Source of the DNA: an uncultured Gammaproteobacteria bacterium | GTDB taxonomy: Bacteria > Patescibacteriota > Microgenomatia > UBA12405 | Direction of reading: 5' to 3' | DNA length: 45,216 bases | Assembly (NCBI GenBank): GCA_964512875.1 | Contig: CAZEKY010000002.1 | Location: forward strand, 1 to 45,216 | Shown: piece by piece, positions 18,200-28,165 of the stretch | Layout of the letters: every line of letters starts with the position of its first letter | Numbering within the stretch: the stretch's first letter is position 1 | Notes under the pieces: generated by a model | Database searches by the model: none | Told to the model about the DNA's origin: nothing | The model's input: only the letters and a program-made list of their open reading frames with translations | Program-made: the position numbers and the translations under genes

Positions 18200-18601
18200 C
18201 TATTTTCGATTTACAATCTTACATCTAACTGGTAATTTGGCTGCGGCTAATTTTAAGCCTTGCTTGGCTTGTTCCTCAGTAACACCTGAGACTTCAAAGA
18301 TAACTCGGCCTGGCTTAACAACGGCAACATAACCCTTAACATCGCCTTTACCGGCACCCATAGTTCCAGTACCTTTTTCAGTGACTGGCTTGTCAGGGAA
18401 AATACGACACCACATTCTTCCGCTTCTTTTGGTTTCATGGGCGATAGCACGCCTGGCAGACTCAAGCTGATTGGCAGTAATCCATCCGCAATCTAAAGAT
18501 TTTAATCCATATTCCCCGAAAGAAACGAGATTACCTTTAGAATTGCCTCTCATTTTACCTCTAAATTGTTTACGATATTTGGTTCGACTTGGTTGTAACA
18601 T
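18200..18601 (-). CDS. rplP: 50S ribosomal protein L16
   Basis: MLQPSRTKYRKQFRGKMRG. Confidence 0.96.
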   Translation of the reverse strand: MLQPSRTKYRKQFRGKMRGNSKGNLVSFGEYGLKSLDCGWITANQLESARRAIAHETKRSGRMWCRIFPDKPVTEKGTGTMGAGKGDVKGYVAVVKPGRVIFEVSGVTEEQAKQGLKLAAAKLPVRCKIVNRK

Positions 18602-18607
18602 AATTGT

Positions 18608-19249
18608 TTAGCCTAAGCATAAATAAACTTTAACTCCGATGTATCCTGATCTGGTTAAAGAAGGACATTCGTGATAATCAATGTGTGAACGAATTGTGCT
18701 TAGCGGGACAGTACCTTGAGAAAATTTCTCTCGACGACCGATTTCGGCACCATTAATACGACCAGAAAGGACAACTTTTATACCCTTAGCTCCAGAGGAA
18801 ATAGACTTTTCCATGGCTGACAAAACAACTCTTCGATAAGGCATTCTTTTGGTTAACTGGAAGGCAATTTTTTCAGCAATTAATTTAGCTGAAAGATCAA
18901 CATGCTTGAACTCTTCAACTTGAATTTCAATCGCCTGCTTTCCACTTTGCTTAAGAAGTAATCTTTGAACTTCTTTTTTAATCACTTCAAGTTCCTTACC
19001 CCCTCGACCAATAACTAAACCTGGTCGAGAAACGACCAAAATAAGTTTTGTTTTTCTGGCTGATCTTTCAATTCTCATCGAAACTATTCCAGCTGAATTA
19101 AATTTCTTTTGTAAGTAATCACGAATAGCCTTGTCTTCAAGCAGATAAATGCCATATTTTTTAGCATTAGCATACCAAGAAGATTGCCAACGTGGACTAT
19201 TTTTTACAGTCTCTAATCTGAAACTAATTGGATTAATTTTTTGACCCAT
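18608..19249 (-). CDS. rpsC: 30S ribosomal protein S3
   Basis: MGQKINPISFRL and the KH domain GLVIGRGGKELE. Confidence 0.96.
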   Translation of the reverse strand: MGQKINPISFRLETVKNSPRWQSSWYANAKKYGIYLLEDKAIRDYLQKKFNSAGIVSMRIERSARKTKLILVVSRPGLVIGRGGKELEVIKKEVQRLLLKQSGKQAIEIQVEEFKHVDLSAKLIAEKIAFQLTKRMPYRRVVLSAMEKSISSGAKGIKVVLSGRINGAEIGRREKFSQGTVPLSTIRSHIDYHECPSLTRSGYIGVKVYLCLG

Positions 19250-19250
19250 A

Positions 19251-19718
19251 TTACTTTTGTTTACCTTTAACTTGTATGGTTAGTCGACTATGTCTTTTTT
19301 GAATAAGGCCACGAGCGAATCTGGAACCGTGAGACTTGTCCATTCTTTTAATTTTCAAAGCTTCGTCAACTTTAATAAAATCAAATTTTAAAGAATTTTC
19401 ATCAAGATGAAAATTATTCTTGGCATCTGCAATCACATTCTGAAGAGCCTTAATCATGATACGAGCAGCTTTGGTGTTGGTAAATTTCAGTCTGGTCAAA
19501 GCCTCTGAAGGAGATAACTTTTTAATGTTATTAACTAAAAGTCTTAATTTTCTTGGAGATATCATTAAGTTTTTATTAAGATATCTAGCGACATTTTTAG
19601 TTGACACTTCAACTTTTGGAGTTTCAATTACTGGTGAAAGTGTTTTTTTGACAACTTTTTTTACCGTTGTCTTTTTAGCCACTGCAATTTTAGTAGTTTT
19701 TTTAATTTCTTTTGCCAT
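19251..19718 (-). CDS. rplV: 50S ribosomal protein L22 (about 40-aa Lys-rich N-terminal extension)
   Basis: ISPRKLRLLVNNIKKLSPSEAL... and a GSRFARGLIQKRHSRLTIQVK-type C-terminus. Confidence 0.93.
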   Translation of the reverse strand: MAKEIKKTTKIAVAKKTTVKKVVKKTLSPVIETPKVEVSTKNVARYLNKNLMISPRKLRLLVNNIKKLSPSEALTRLKFTNTKAARIMIKALQNVIADAKNNFHLDENSLKFDFIKVDEALKIKRMDKSHGSRFARGLIQKRHSRLTIQVKGKQK

Positions 19719-19722
19719 ATTT

Positions 19723-19995
19723 TTACGTCTTTTCTAAGACACGTTTAACAACACGTCCATGACCCTTAAAGGTACGAGTAGCAGCGAATTCGCCTAAGCG
19801 ATGGCCGACCATATCTTCAGTAACATAAACGTTAATAAATTTTTTACCATTGTGAACGTCAAAATTCTTTCCAATAAACTCAGGAGAAATCTGACTCCTT
19901 CTGGCCCAAGTTTTAATCGCCTCAGTACCACCTTTAGCTACTTTTTTAAGTAGATTCTGATCGATATATGGACCTTTTTTAGAACTTCTGGACAT
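19723..19995 (-). CDS. rpsS: 30S ribosomal protein S19
   Basis: [12 protein letters not shown] and [24 protein letters not shown]. Confidence 0.96.
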   Translation of the reverse strand: MSRSSKKGPYIDQNLLKKVAKGGTEAIKTWARRSQISPEFIGKNFDVHNGKKFINVYVTEDMVGHRLGEFAATRTFKGHGRVVKRVLEKT

Positions 19996-19996
19996 A

Positions 19997-20740
19997 TTAC
20001 TTTCGATGCTTAACGATTAACTTATTAGATGCTTTTTTATGCTTTCTAGTTTTGTGGAAAGCTGGTTTACCCCATTTAGTTTTTGGATGCATACCAATAG
20101 AACTTCGACCTTCACCGCCTCCATGTGGATGAGAGTGAGGATTTTGAGCCACACCTCTAACTGTAGGTCGAATACCCCTTAGACGTTTTTCACCGGCTTT
20201 AGTTAATTTCTGGCTTGAATGCTCAGAATTACCAATCTGGCCGATAGTAGCTTTTGACTCAGCATTAAAAATTCTAATTTCGCCTGAAGGTAGTTTGATG
20301 GTAGCCTTGTTGCCATCGATACTTTGAACGTAAGCGGCACTTCCAGCACTTTTTACTAATTGGGAACCTTTATTTAGATTATAAGATAAACAGTGAATAG
20401 GAACCCCAACTGGGATATTTTTTAAAGCTAAACAGTTACCCTCTTTAATAGGAGCATTAGCCGAAGAGATAACAATATCTCCAACTTTTAAGCCAACAGG
20501 AGCTATAATATAGCTTTTTTCACCATCTTGATAAGAAAGGAGAGCAATGTCAGCAGTGCGACCTGGATCGTACTCAATAGAGACTACTTTAGCAGAAATA
20601 TCAATTTTTTTTCTAAACCAATCAATTTGTCTTAAAAATCTTTTTTGTTCTCCGCCTCTGTGTCTAATGGAAACATGACCTTGAGAATCTCGTCCGCTAG
20701 TTTTTTTCTTGATAGTTAATAAGGATTTAATTCGAGTCAT
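19997..20740 (-). CDS. rplB: 50S ribosomal protein L2
   Basis: [18 protein letters not shown] and [15 protein letters not shown]. Confidence 0.96.
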   Translation of the reverse strand: MTRIKSLLTIKKKTSGRDSQGHVSIRHRGGEQKRFLRQIDWFRKKIDISAKVVSIEYDPGRTADIALLSYQDGEKSYIIAPVGLKVGDIVISSANAPIKEGNCLALKNIPVGVPIHCLSYNLNKGSQLVKSAGSAAYVQSIDGNKATIKLPSGEIRIFNAESKATIGQIGNSEHSSQKLTKAGEKRLRGIRPTVRGVAQNPHSHPHGGGEGRSSIGMHPKTKWGKPAFHKTRKHKKASNKLIVKHRK

Positions 20741-20741
20741 A

Positions 20742-21038
20742 TTATTTAAGATTGAGTTTTAATAATTCAATTTTTTTGTCTTTATCAACGGTAATAATAG
20801 CTTTTTTGAGATCAGATTTTTTAATAGGTAATCTTTTTTTCCAATCAGTTTTAGTTTTACCTTTAACCAATACAGTATTAACAAAGAGGGCTTTTATACC
20901 AAAAACACTTTCAAAAGAAGATTCGATTTGTCCCTTAGTAGCCTCTCTTTTAACCCAAAAAGAATACTTGCCATTTTCTTGTTGAGACAAGCTTTTTTCG
21001 GTAAAGATTGGTTTTAAAACTAATAAATTGGTTTTCAT
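20742..21038 (-). CDS. rplW: 50S ribosomal protein L23
   Basis: 98 aa, positioned between rplD and rplB, with YSFWVKREATKGQI. Confidence 0.88.
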   Translation of the reverse strand: MKTNLLVLKPIFTEKSLSQQENGKYSFWVKREATKGQIESSFESVFGIKALFVNTVLVKGKTKTDWKKRLPIKKSDLKKAIITVDKDKKIELLKLNLK

Positions 21039-21039
21039 A

Positions 21040-21675
21040 TTATTTAACTAAACTTTCGATAGCGTCTTGACTAAAAATCAAAAAGTTTTGATTCGAAAGG
21101 TCATAAACATTTAAAGATTTAAGAGTTAAAAGATTAATCTTGGGAAGATTACCAAAAGCTCTTTTAACACTTGGGAGTGTTTCTTTTGTAATTATTCCAA
21201 TTTTGGAACTTTTTGATAATACTTCATCTGAAGCTTTAAGTCCAGTAATTAATTTAAGTCCTTCTTTCGTTTTTGGATTTAAGTCAGTAAAAGAATCGAT
21301 GATAAGAATTCTTTTGTTTTCAGCAAATTTAGAAAAAATAGACTTAAGAGCAACAGCTTTCATTTTTTTACTAATTTTAAGACTATAGTTTTGTTGACCA
21401 TCTGGGCCTAAAGCAGAACCTCCTCCAACAAAAACAGGAGCAGTTCTATTACCGTGACGAGCACGACCAGTACCTTTTTGAGCCCACACTTTTTGACGAG
21501 TTCCGGCAACTTCAGATCTGGTTTTTGCCTTAGCAAAAGATGATCTTTGATTAGCAAGATAAACACGAATAGCCTGAGAGATTAATTTTTCTGAAATTTT
21601 GGCAGCAAAAAAATCTTTAGATAAGCTTAGTTCTCCAATACTTTCTGCTTTAATGTTGTAAATTTTAGCTTTCAT
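21040..21675 (-). CDS. rplD: 50S ribosomal protein L4
   Basis: QKGTGRARHGNRTAPVFVGGGSALGP. ATG 21675 (MKAKIYNI...) is preferred because the track start 21729 overlaps rplC. Confidence 0.94.
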   Translation of the reverse strand: MKAKIYNIKAESIGELSLSKDFFAAKISEKLISQAIRVYLANQRSSFAKAKTRSEVAGTRQKVWAQKGTGRARHGNRTAPVFVGGGSALGPDGQQNYSLKISKKMKAVALKSIFSKFAENKRILIIDSFTDLNPKTKEGLKLITGLKASDEVLSKSSKIGIITKETLPSVKRAFGNLPKINLLTLKSLNVYDLSNQNFLIFSQDAIESLVK

Positions 21676-21676
21676 A

Positions 21677-22294
21677 TTAGGCTTTGGTAATAGTAACCCA
21701 TGAATTGTAATGACCAGGGAAGGAGCCACTAATCAAGACTTCATTAGTTTCAGGATTAATAGAAATAATTTTTAAGTTTTCAATAGTTTTATTGACATTA
21801 CCGTAATGTCCAGGCATTCTTTTACCGCGGACAACTTTTCCTGGAGTTTGAGCACCAATAGAACCAGGATGTCTAACTCGATCTGAAGATCCTAGAATTG
21901 GTTGTTTTTTGAAACCATGACGTTTGATAACACCAGCAAATCCACGACCTTTGGAAATACCAGTAGCATCAATATTATCTCCAGGGGTAAAAATAGTCTC
22001 AATGGAGATATCGGCACCAGGCTGAGGAATTTGATCAGAAGTTAACGAAAACTCTTGAAATCCCTTTGGCAATGATTCAATTTTTAATTTACCTAATTTG
22101 GTTGAAGTGGCCTTGTTAAGCTTTTTTCGCTGACCGTAGGCTACTTGAACGGCTTGATAGCCATCCTTTTCTTTAGTCTTAATTTGGGTAACGATTAAAG
22201 GTTTAGCAACACATTTAGTAACAGCAATTCTCTTGCCGTCTGGGGTAAAGATACTGGTCATTTGACCTTTTTTAACGAGAAATCCTGAGATCAT
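21677..22294 (-). CDS. rplC: 50S ribosomal protein L3
   Basis: GFLVKKGQMTSIF and GISKGRGFAGVIKRHGF. Confidence 0.96.
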   Translation of the reverse strand: MISGFLVKKGQMTSIFTPDGKRIAVTKCVAKPLIVTQIKTKEKDGYQAVQVAYGQRKKLNKATSTKLGKLKIESLPKGFQEFSLTSDQIPQPGADISIETIFTPGDNIDATGISKGRGFAGVIKRHGFKKQPILGSSDRVRHPGSIGAQTPGKVVRGKRMPGHYGNVNKTIENLKIISINPETNEVLISGSFPGHYNSWVTITKA

Positions 22295-22298
22295 AATT

Positions 22299-22610
22299 TT
22301 ACATTTTAATTTCTATTTCCACACCAGATGGTAAATCTAAATGCTGAAGACTATCGACAGTTCGAAGGCTTGTATTCGAAATATTGATAAGACGTTTGTG
22401 AGTAAGAATTTGATAATGCTCACGAGCATTCTTGTCGGTATGAGGACTGGTTAAAACTACGAGAGTTTTTTTCTCAGTTGGTAAAGGAATTGGTCCCTCT
22501 ACCTGAGCACCAGCGGTAACCACAGTCTCAACGATCTTAATTGCCGCTTCATCTATTAAGCGATGATCGAAAGATTTTAATCGAATTCGAATGTGGTTAC
22601 CTTTGGTCAT
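22299..22610 (-). CDS. rpsJ: 30S ribosomal protein S10
   Basis: [24 protein letters not shown]. Confidence 0.96.
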   Translation of the reverse strand: MTKGNHIRIRLKSFDHRLIDEAAIKIVETVVTAGAQVEGPIPLPTEKKTLVVLTSPHTDKNAREHYQILTHKRLINISNTSLRTVDSLQHLDLPSGVEIEIKM

Positions 22611-22615
22611 AAAGT

Positions 22616-23788
22616 TTATTTAATAACTTCTGTAATTGCACCAGCTCCAACAGTTAAGCCACCTTCTCGGATAGCAAATCTTTGTCCTGGTTGCATAGCT
22701 ACAGGTTTAATTAATTTAATAACGACGTTAACGTTGTCACCTGGCATAACCATTTCAGTTCCTTCTGGCAAGGTTACATCACCGGTTACATCAGTAGTTC
22801 TGATGAAAACTTGTGGTCGATAACCTGAGAAGATAGGAGTGTGACGACCGCCTTCTTCTTTTTTAAGTAAAAGAACTTCGGCTTTAAATTCAGTGTGAGG
22901 AGTAATTGATCCGGGTTTAGCAATAACTTGACCCCTTTCAATATCATCTTTTTCAACACCTCGAAGTAAAATACCGACGTTGTCTCCTGCTTGACCTTGA
23001 TCAAGTTGTTTGTGGAACATTTCCACACCAGTGACAACAGCTTTTTGAGTATCTTTTAAACCAATGATTTCAATTTCTTCGTTGATTTTGACGATACCTT
23101 TTTCAATTCTACCAGTAGCAACGGTACCTCTACCTTTAATAGAGAAAACGTCTTCAATTGGTAACAAGAAAGGCTTGTCTAATTCTCGAAGAGGTTCAGG
23201 AATATAAGAATCAAGAGCTTCCATTAACTTTTTAATAGAATCTACACCTTCAGCATCACCCTCAAGAGCCTTAAGAGCGGAACCTCTAATGATAGGAGTT
23301 TCATCACCTGGATAACCATACTTGGTTAAAAGATCACGAATTTCCATTTCAACTAAATCCAAAAATTCTGGATCAGTAACTAAATCGCATTTATTTAAAA
23401 AGACGACTAATTTTGGAACGTTAACCTGTTTGGCTAACAAAACGTGTTCTCTGGTTTGTGGCATTGGGCCATCTGGTGCAGAAACCACAAGAATAGCTCC
23501 ATCCATCTGAGCAGCACCAGTAATCATGTTTTTAACATAATCAGCGTGTCCTGGACAGTCAATGTGAGCATAATGTCTTTTCTCAGTTTCGTATTCGATA
23601 TGAGAAATAGCGATAGTAACGATTTTAGAAGCATCACGAACAGTGCCTCCCTTTGCAATATCAGAATAGGATTTTCCAGCACCTTGAATTTTGGAAATAG
23701 CTGCAGTTAAGGTAGTTTTACCATGATCGACGTGACCAATAGTACCGACGTTAACGTGTGGTTTATTCCTTTGATAAGTTTCTGCCAT
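22616..23788 (-). CDS. tuf: Elongation factor Tu
   Basis: 390 aa with [18 protein letters not shown] and NKCD. Confidence 0.98.
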   Translation of the reverse strand: MAETYQRNKPHVNVGTIGHVDHGKTTLTAAISKIQGAGKSYSDIAKGGTVRDASKIVTIAISHIEYETEKRHYAHIDCPGHADYVKNMITGAAQMDGAILVVSAPDGPMPQTREHVLLAKQVNVPKLVVFLNKCDLVTDPEFLDLVEMEIRDLLTKYGYPGDETPIIRGSALKALEGDAEGVDSIKKLMEALDSYIPEPLRELDKPFLLPIEDVFSIKGRGTVATGRIEKGIVKINEEIEIIGLKDTQKAVVTGVEMFHKQLDQGQAGDNVGILLRGVEKDDIERGQVIAKPGSITPHTEFKAEVLLLKKEEGGRHTPIFSGYRPQVFIRTTDVTGDVTLPEGTEMVMPGDNVNVVIKLIKPVAMQPGQRFAIREGGLTVGAGAITEVIK

Positions 23789-23869
23789 TTGTTTCTCCTT
23801 TTTTTTATTTATTGTCTTGTTTAAGACGAAATTTAAATTAATAATTTAATTTGATTAAAATGCTTTTGA

Positions 23870-23898
23870 ATTGTATCAGCTTGAATAAAGCTTTGCAA
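23870..23898 (-). promoter_or_regulatory. Putative promoter of tuf and the downstream ribosomal string (TTGCAA-17-TACAAT)
   Basis: On the minus strand the -35 is at 23898..23893 and the -10 at 23875..23870, inside the 246-nt fusA-tuf gap. Confidence 0.45.
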
Positions 23899-23982
23899 TA
23901 TACAAAGATGAGCAATTTAATGCCTTTTTTTAGAAATAAATTATCTAAATTGAGTTAAGCAAAATTTTAACACAAATTAAGA

Positions 23983-24008
23983 CAAAAATGTTGAGTCAGA
24001 GAACTCAA
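23983..24008 (-). terminator. Weak terminator-like hairpin after fusA
   Basis: The minus strand reads TTGAGT TCTCTG ACTCAA followed by CATTTTTG. An AT-rich AAATTTCTA/TAGAAATTT hairpin lies just upstream. Confidence 0.4.
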
Positions 24009-24034
24009 AATTTCTAAAAATTATAGAAATTTGA

Positions 24035-26137
24035 TTAAGCATTAATAGCTTTAGTCAATTTCTCCTGAATATCTCGAGTGACTGGATCATAACGGCAAGG
24101 TTCCATATAAAAAGAACCACGGCCCTGAGTCAAGCTTCGAATAACAGTGGCATAGCCACCAACAGCTTCAAGTGGAATAAAGGCATGAATGGTGGTAAAA
24201 CCATGACTGTCTTCGGTTCCATTGATTTGTCCACGTCGAGAAGAAAGATCACCAATAACGGCTCCTAAAAATTCAGATGGAGTAGCAACTTCAAATTTCA
24301 TGATAGGTTCAATAATTAGAGGTTTAGCAGCCATAAAGGCATCTTTAATTGCATAAGCACCAGCTAATTTGAAAGCCATTTCTGAAGAATCAACTTCGTG
24401 GTAAGTACCGTCATAGACGGTAACCTTAATATCGGTGGCTGGAAAGCCAGCAATAATACCTTTTTGTAGCGTCTCTTTTACTCCTTTTTCGATAGCTGGA
24501 ATAAAATTGGCAGGGATAGCTCCACCTTTAACAGCGTTAACGAACTCATAACCCTCACCTCTTTCTTTTGGTTCCACTCTAATTTTACAGTGACCATATT
24601 GTCCGTGACCACCTGATTGATGAATATACTTACCTTCACCCTCAGTACTGGCAGAGATGGTTTCTCGATAAGCAACTTGTGGAGAACCGGTTTTTACGTT
24701 TACTCCAAATTCTCTTTTTAATCGGTCAACAATAATTTCAAGATAGAGTTCCCCCATTCCAGCAATAATAGTTTGACCAGTTTCTTGGTTGTAGCTAACT
24801 TTGAAAGTTGGATCTTCAATAGCCAGTCTATTTAAAGCTGCACCCATTTTTTCTTGGTCATCAGCAGTAGATGGTTCAATTGAGAGAGAAATAACTGGTT
24901 CAGCAAAATGAATTGGTGATAATGAGATGACACTATTGGCATCACAAAGAGTATCACCAGTAGTAGATTCTTTTAATCCAATACAGGCCACGATTTCTCC
25001 AGCAAATCCCTCTTCAAGACCTTCTCTTTTATCAGCATGCATTAAAAGCAAGCGACCAATACGCTCACTTTTACCCTTAGTAGTGTTGTAAACCTCAGAA
25101 CCGGCCTTTAAGGTTCCTGAGTAAACCCTAACATAGGAAAGAGTACCAACGTGAGGATCAGACTGTACTTTAAAAAGCAGAGCAGATAAGGGTTCTGTCT
25201 TAACAGATTTTCTAGTAATTACGTCATTATTCTCTGGATTGTAGCCTTCAATTGGAGGTAAATCCAATGGAGATGGCAAATAATCGATAATAGCATCTAA
25301 AATTGGATGGATTCCCTTATTTCTCCAAGAGGCACCACAATAAATTGGAAAAAGTTTTCGATCAATAGTCGCTTTTCTTAAGACAGCTTTTAATTCAGGT
25401 ACTGAAATTTCTTGATCATTTAAGAATTTTTCCATCAAAACTTCGTCTTCTCCAGAAATTAGCTCAACCATTTTGGCACGTGCAGCAAGTGCCTTTTCTC
25501 GATATTCATCAGTGACTGGTTTTCGAGTAAAGTCCATACCCTCCTCGTCTTTATCGTAGATAATCATATCCATGCTCATTAAATCGACTACACCCATAAA
25601 ATCATGTTCTTCTCCAATAGGAATAACAACAGGAACGACTGGAGCTCTTAGTTTTTCAGCAATACTATCAAGAGTTCCCTGGAAAGAGGCTCCAATTTTG
25701 TCCATTTTGTTAACAAAAGCAATACGAGGAACCCCATATTTATCAGCTTGTCTCCAAACAGTTTCAGATTGAGCTTGAACACCGGCATTTGCATCAAAAA
25801 TCATAATGGCTCCATCTAATACACGAAGTGATCTTTCAACTTCAGCGGTAAAATCGACATGCCCGGGAGTATCAATAATGTTTAGGCGACAATCCTTCCA
25901 AAAAGTAGTCACACAGGCTGACTGAATAGTAATACCTCTTTCTCTTTCTTGCATCATGGAATCAGTAGTGGTAGTTCCAGCATCGACTGAACCAATTTTG
26001 TGAATATTTCCGGTATAAAAAAGTAGTCGTTCAGTAGTGGTGGTTTTGCCACCGTCAATATGGGCGATAATACCAATATTTCGGACTTTATCCATAGGTA
26101 CATCACGATTTTTAGTAAGCTTTATTTGTTCTGCCAT
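24035..26137 (-). CDS. fusA: Elongation factor G
   Basis: AHIDGGKTTTTE, DTPGHVDF and NKMD. ATG 26137 (MAEQIKL...) is preferred. The track start 26176 is a TTG inside a hairpin. Confidence 0.97.
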   Translation of the reverse strand: MAEQIKLTKNRDVPMDKVRNIGIIAHIDGGKTTTTERLLFYTGNIHKIGSVDAGTTTTDSMMQERERGITIQSACVTTFWKDCRLNIIDTPGHVDFTAEVERSLRVLDGAIMIFDANAGVQAQSETVWRQADKYGVPRIAFVNKMDKIGASFQGTLDSIAEKLRAPVVPVVIPIGEEHDFMGVVDLMSMDMIIYDKDEEGMDFTRKPVTDEYREKALAARAKMVELISGEDEVLMEKFLNDQEISVPELKAVLRKATIDRKLFPIYCGASWRNKGIHPILDAIIDYLPSPLDLPPIEGYNPENNDVITRKSVKTEPLSALLFKVQSDPHVGTLSYVRVYSGTLKAGSEVYNTTKGKSERIGRLLLMHADKREGLEEGFAGEIVACIGLKESTTGDTLCDANSVISLSPIHFAEPVISLSIEPSTADDQEKMGAALNRLAIEDPTFKVSYNQETGQTIIAGMGELYLEIIVDRLKREFGVNVKTGSPQVAYRETISASTEGEGKYIHQSGGHGQYGHCKIRVEPKERGEGYEFVNAVKGGAIPANFIPAIEKGVKETLQKGIIAGFPATDIKVTVYDGTYHEVDSSEMAFKLAGAYAIKDAFMAAKPLIIEPIMKFEVATPSEFLGAVIGDLSSRRGQINGTEDSHGFTTIHAFIPLEAVGGYATVIRSLTQGRGSFYMEPCRYDPVTRDIQEKLTKAINA

Positions 26138-26205
26138 TTTAGTTAAAAATAATAAAACCGTTGCCAGTTTAGGCAACAGCGGATGGGATTATGATACCAT
26201 AAGGA

Positions 26206-27423
26206 ATGTCAAAGGTGAATAACAAAAAAATTGCAATTATTGGCGGTGGAATAGGGGGTTTAACTCTTGGATATAAACTAAGTAAACTGAAAAACAAGGT
26301 AACTGTTTTTGAAAGAGAAAAAAAGACAGGAGGAATGCTGTCAACTTTTAAACTCGAGAGTGAGGAAATTGAAAAACTCTATCATCACATATTCAAAACT
26401 GACAAAGAAATAATTGGATTAATTAAAGAGTTGCGATTGAGTAAAAAACTAAAATGGTATAAAAGTTCTGCAGCGATTTTTAGTGGAAACAGGTTTTACC
26501 CTTTCTTGGACGCAGTAGATCTTTTAAGCTTTGATAGGTTAAATCTGGTTGACAAAATTAGACTAGGTCTTGTTTATTTGTGGCTTAAATATGATAAAAA
26601 TTGGAAAAGGTATGAAAATATTAGCGCCACTGACTGGATGATAAAATGGGCCGGAAAAAAAGCTTATAAAACTATTTGGGAACCATTATTGATTGGTAAA
26701 TTTCACCATTATTATAAAGAGATATCCATGTCTTGGTTGTGGGCTAGAATTCATACGCGTGGCGCTTCAAAAAACCAAAAGGGGAAAGAGGTTTTAGGTT
26801 ACCTTGACGGCGGCTTTGGTCAAATAATTGATAACTTAAGTAAAAAAGTAAAAGTTGTTTATAGGGAAATTAAAAAGGCTGAAGATTTGAGTAAGGATTT
26901 TGATTTGGTAATTGATACTAGACCAGTCAAGTCGGTAAATTATCTTGGTGCTATTAATTTGGTTTTTAGTTCAAGTCAAAATTTAAGCAAGTATTACTGG
27001 CACAATATCAATGATAAAAAATCCCCTTTTGTGGTCTTAATCCAGCATGATAATTTACTAAAAGACAAAAGATATCAAGAAAAACATGTTTATTATTTGG
27101 GAGCATACCTTCCCCATAATCATAAATATTTTAAATATAGTGACGAAAAAATTGAAAAAGAATTTTTTTCTTATTTAAAGAAAATAATTAAAAATTTCAA
27201 TATAAATGAAATTTCTCAGAAAAAAGTTTTTCGTTTTAAATACGCTCAACATATAGTAACAAAAAATTACAAAGCTGCAGATTATAAATTGGGTAAAAAC
27301 AAATATCGTTTAAGTTTTGCTCAGGTTTATCCGGGAGATAGAGGTATTAATTTTGCAGTTAAAGAAGCAGATAAGTTAATTAAAATTATGCAAGATGATC
27401 ACAACAAAAAGTCTGGCAGATAA
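26206..27423 (+). CDS. FAD/NAD(P)-binding oxidoreductase (amine-oxidase / protoporphyrinogen-oxidase-like fold)
   Basis: N-terminal Rossmann motif KIAIIGGGIGGLTLGYKL...VTVFEREKKTGGM. The in-frame GTG at 26215 (8 nt after AAGGAA) is a better start than ATG 26206. The substrate cannot be told from sequence. Confidence 0.7.
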   Translation: MSKVNNKKIAIIGGGIGGLTLGYKLSKLKNKVTVFEREKKTGGMLSTFKLESEEIEKLYHHIFKTDKEIIGLIKELRLSKKLKWYKSSAAIFSGNRFYPFLDAVDLLSFDRLNLVDKIRLGLVYLWLKYDKNWKRYENISATDWMIKWAGKKAYKTIWEPLLIGKFHHYYKEISMSWLWARIHTRGASKNQKGKEVLGYLDGGFGQIIDNLSKKVKVVYREIKKAEDLSKDFDLVIDTRPVKSVNYLGAINLVFSSSQNLSKYYWHNINDKKSPFVVLIQHDNLLKDKRYQEKHVYYLGAYLPHNHKYFKYSDEKIEKEFFSYLKKIIKNFNINEISQKKVFRFKYAQHIVTKNYKAADYKLGKNKYRLSFAQVYPGDRGINFAVKEADKLIKIMQDDHNKKSGR

Positions 27424-28165
27424 AAAAATATTGGATTTAGTTGATAATAAAAAAATAGATAAAATATTTTTAGATATTGACTACACCGTCTATGATTTTT
27501 CCTTGGGTGATAATAGGGCAACAAAAAATTTAAACGAACAACACCCCCAACTTGGAGACGAGGTATCAAGAATATTTAAGATCATCTTAAAAGCAAAAAG
27601 ATCCCTTGCTTCTTTGACAATAAAAGAAAAAAAAGAATACCACCTTTTTTTAAACGAAATAAAAAGAATCCAAAAGACTGACAATTGTAAATTCTGGTCA
27701 AGAGAGACAATGATCATAATGGCAGCCAATAAAATAAAAATTGAAATTAACAAAGAAGATATTGTCAGATTGAGAAATATTTATTGGCAAAGTTTTTTGG
27801 ATAAGTGGCAAATTTATGCTGACGCAAAGATTTTTTTAGATAAAGTTAAAAGGGAAAAAATTGAAATTGTTTGGGTAACTGGAAGCGACTCAGTATTGAA
27901 AGTAAAAAATAATAAAAACGAAATTGAGCTAATTTATGATTCTAAATATTCGGCTGCCTTTAAAAAAAGAAGATTAACAAAACTTTTAGAAGAATACCCG
28001 GGAAAGCTAATCACTGGAGATCCACTAGAAAAACCAGAATTGTGGAAAATTATTTTTGAAAAAGACAAAAGAGGTAACTATTTAGTAATTGGAGATTCTT
28101 ACGAAAGTGATCTTAAAATAGCAGTAGAAATGGGAATAACAAGTGTTTTAATTAAAAGGAACTAA
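27395..28165 (+). CDS. HAD-superfamily hydrolase
   Basis: Motif I FLDIDYTV (DxDxT), motif II VTGSD, motif IV GDSYESD. It overlaps the upstream gene by 29 nt. Confidence 0.7.
   Translation: MITTKSLADKKILDLVDNKKIDKIFLDIDYTVYDFSLGDNRATKNLNEQHPQLGDEVSRIFKIILKAKRSLASLTIKEKKEYHLFLNEIKRIQKTDNCKFWSRETMIIMAANKIKIEINKEDIVRLRNIYWQSFLDKWQIYADAKIFLDKVKREKIEIVWVTGSDSVLKVKNNKNEIELIYDSKYSAAFKKRRLTKLLEEYPGKLITGDPLEKPELWKIIFEKDKRGNYLVIGDSYESDLKIAVEMGITSVLIKRN

Noticed and set aside
23789-24034. The 246-nt fusA-tuf gap as a hidden ncRNA gene (SRP RNA, 6S, tmRNA or RNase P). The same was considered for the 2993-3136, 31168-31338 and 7591-7726 gaps.
   Set aside because: No conserved motifs of these RNAs and no extended GC-rich helices are visible. 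The sequences are very AT-rich and are adequately explained by terminator plus promoter elements. A covariance-model scan would be needed to exclude this fully.
26138-26176. N-terminal extensions given by the ORF track for fusA (26176), rplD (21729), rplX (17393), rpsH (16308), ppa (5698), rny (2992), rpoB (42445) and orphan B (31746).
   Set aside because: Most of these extended starts are TTG codons that overlap the upstream gene, an SD or a hairpin. Downstream ATGs give canonical N-termini and sensible SD spacing.
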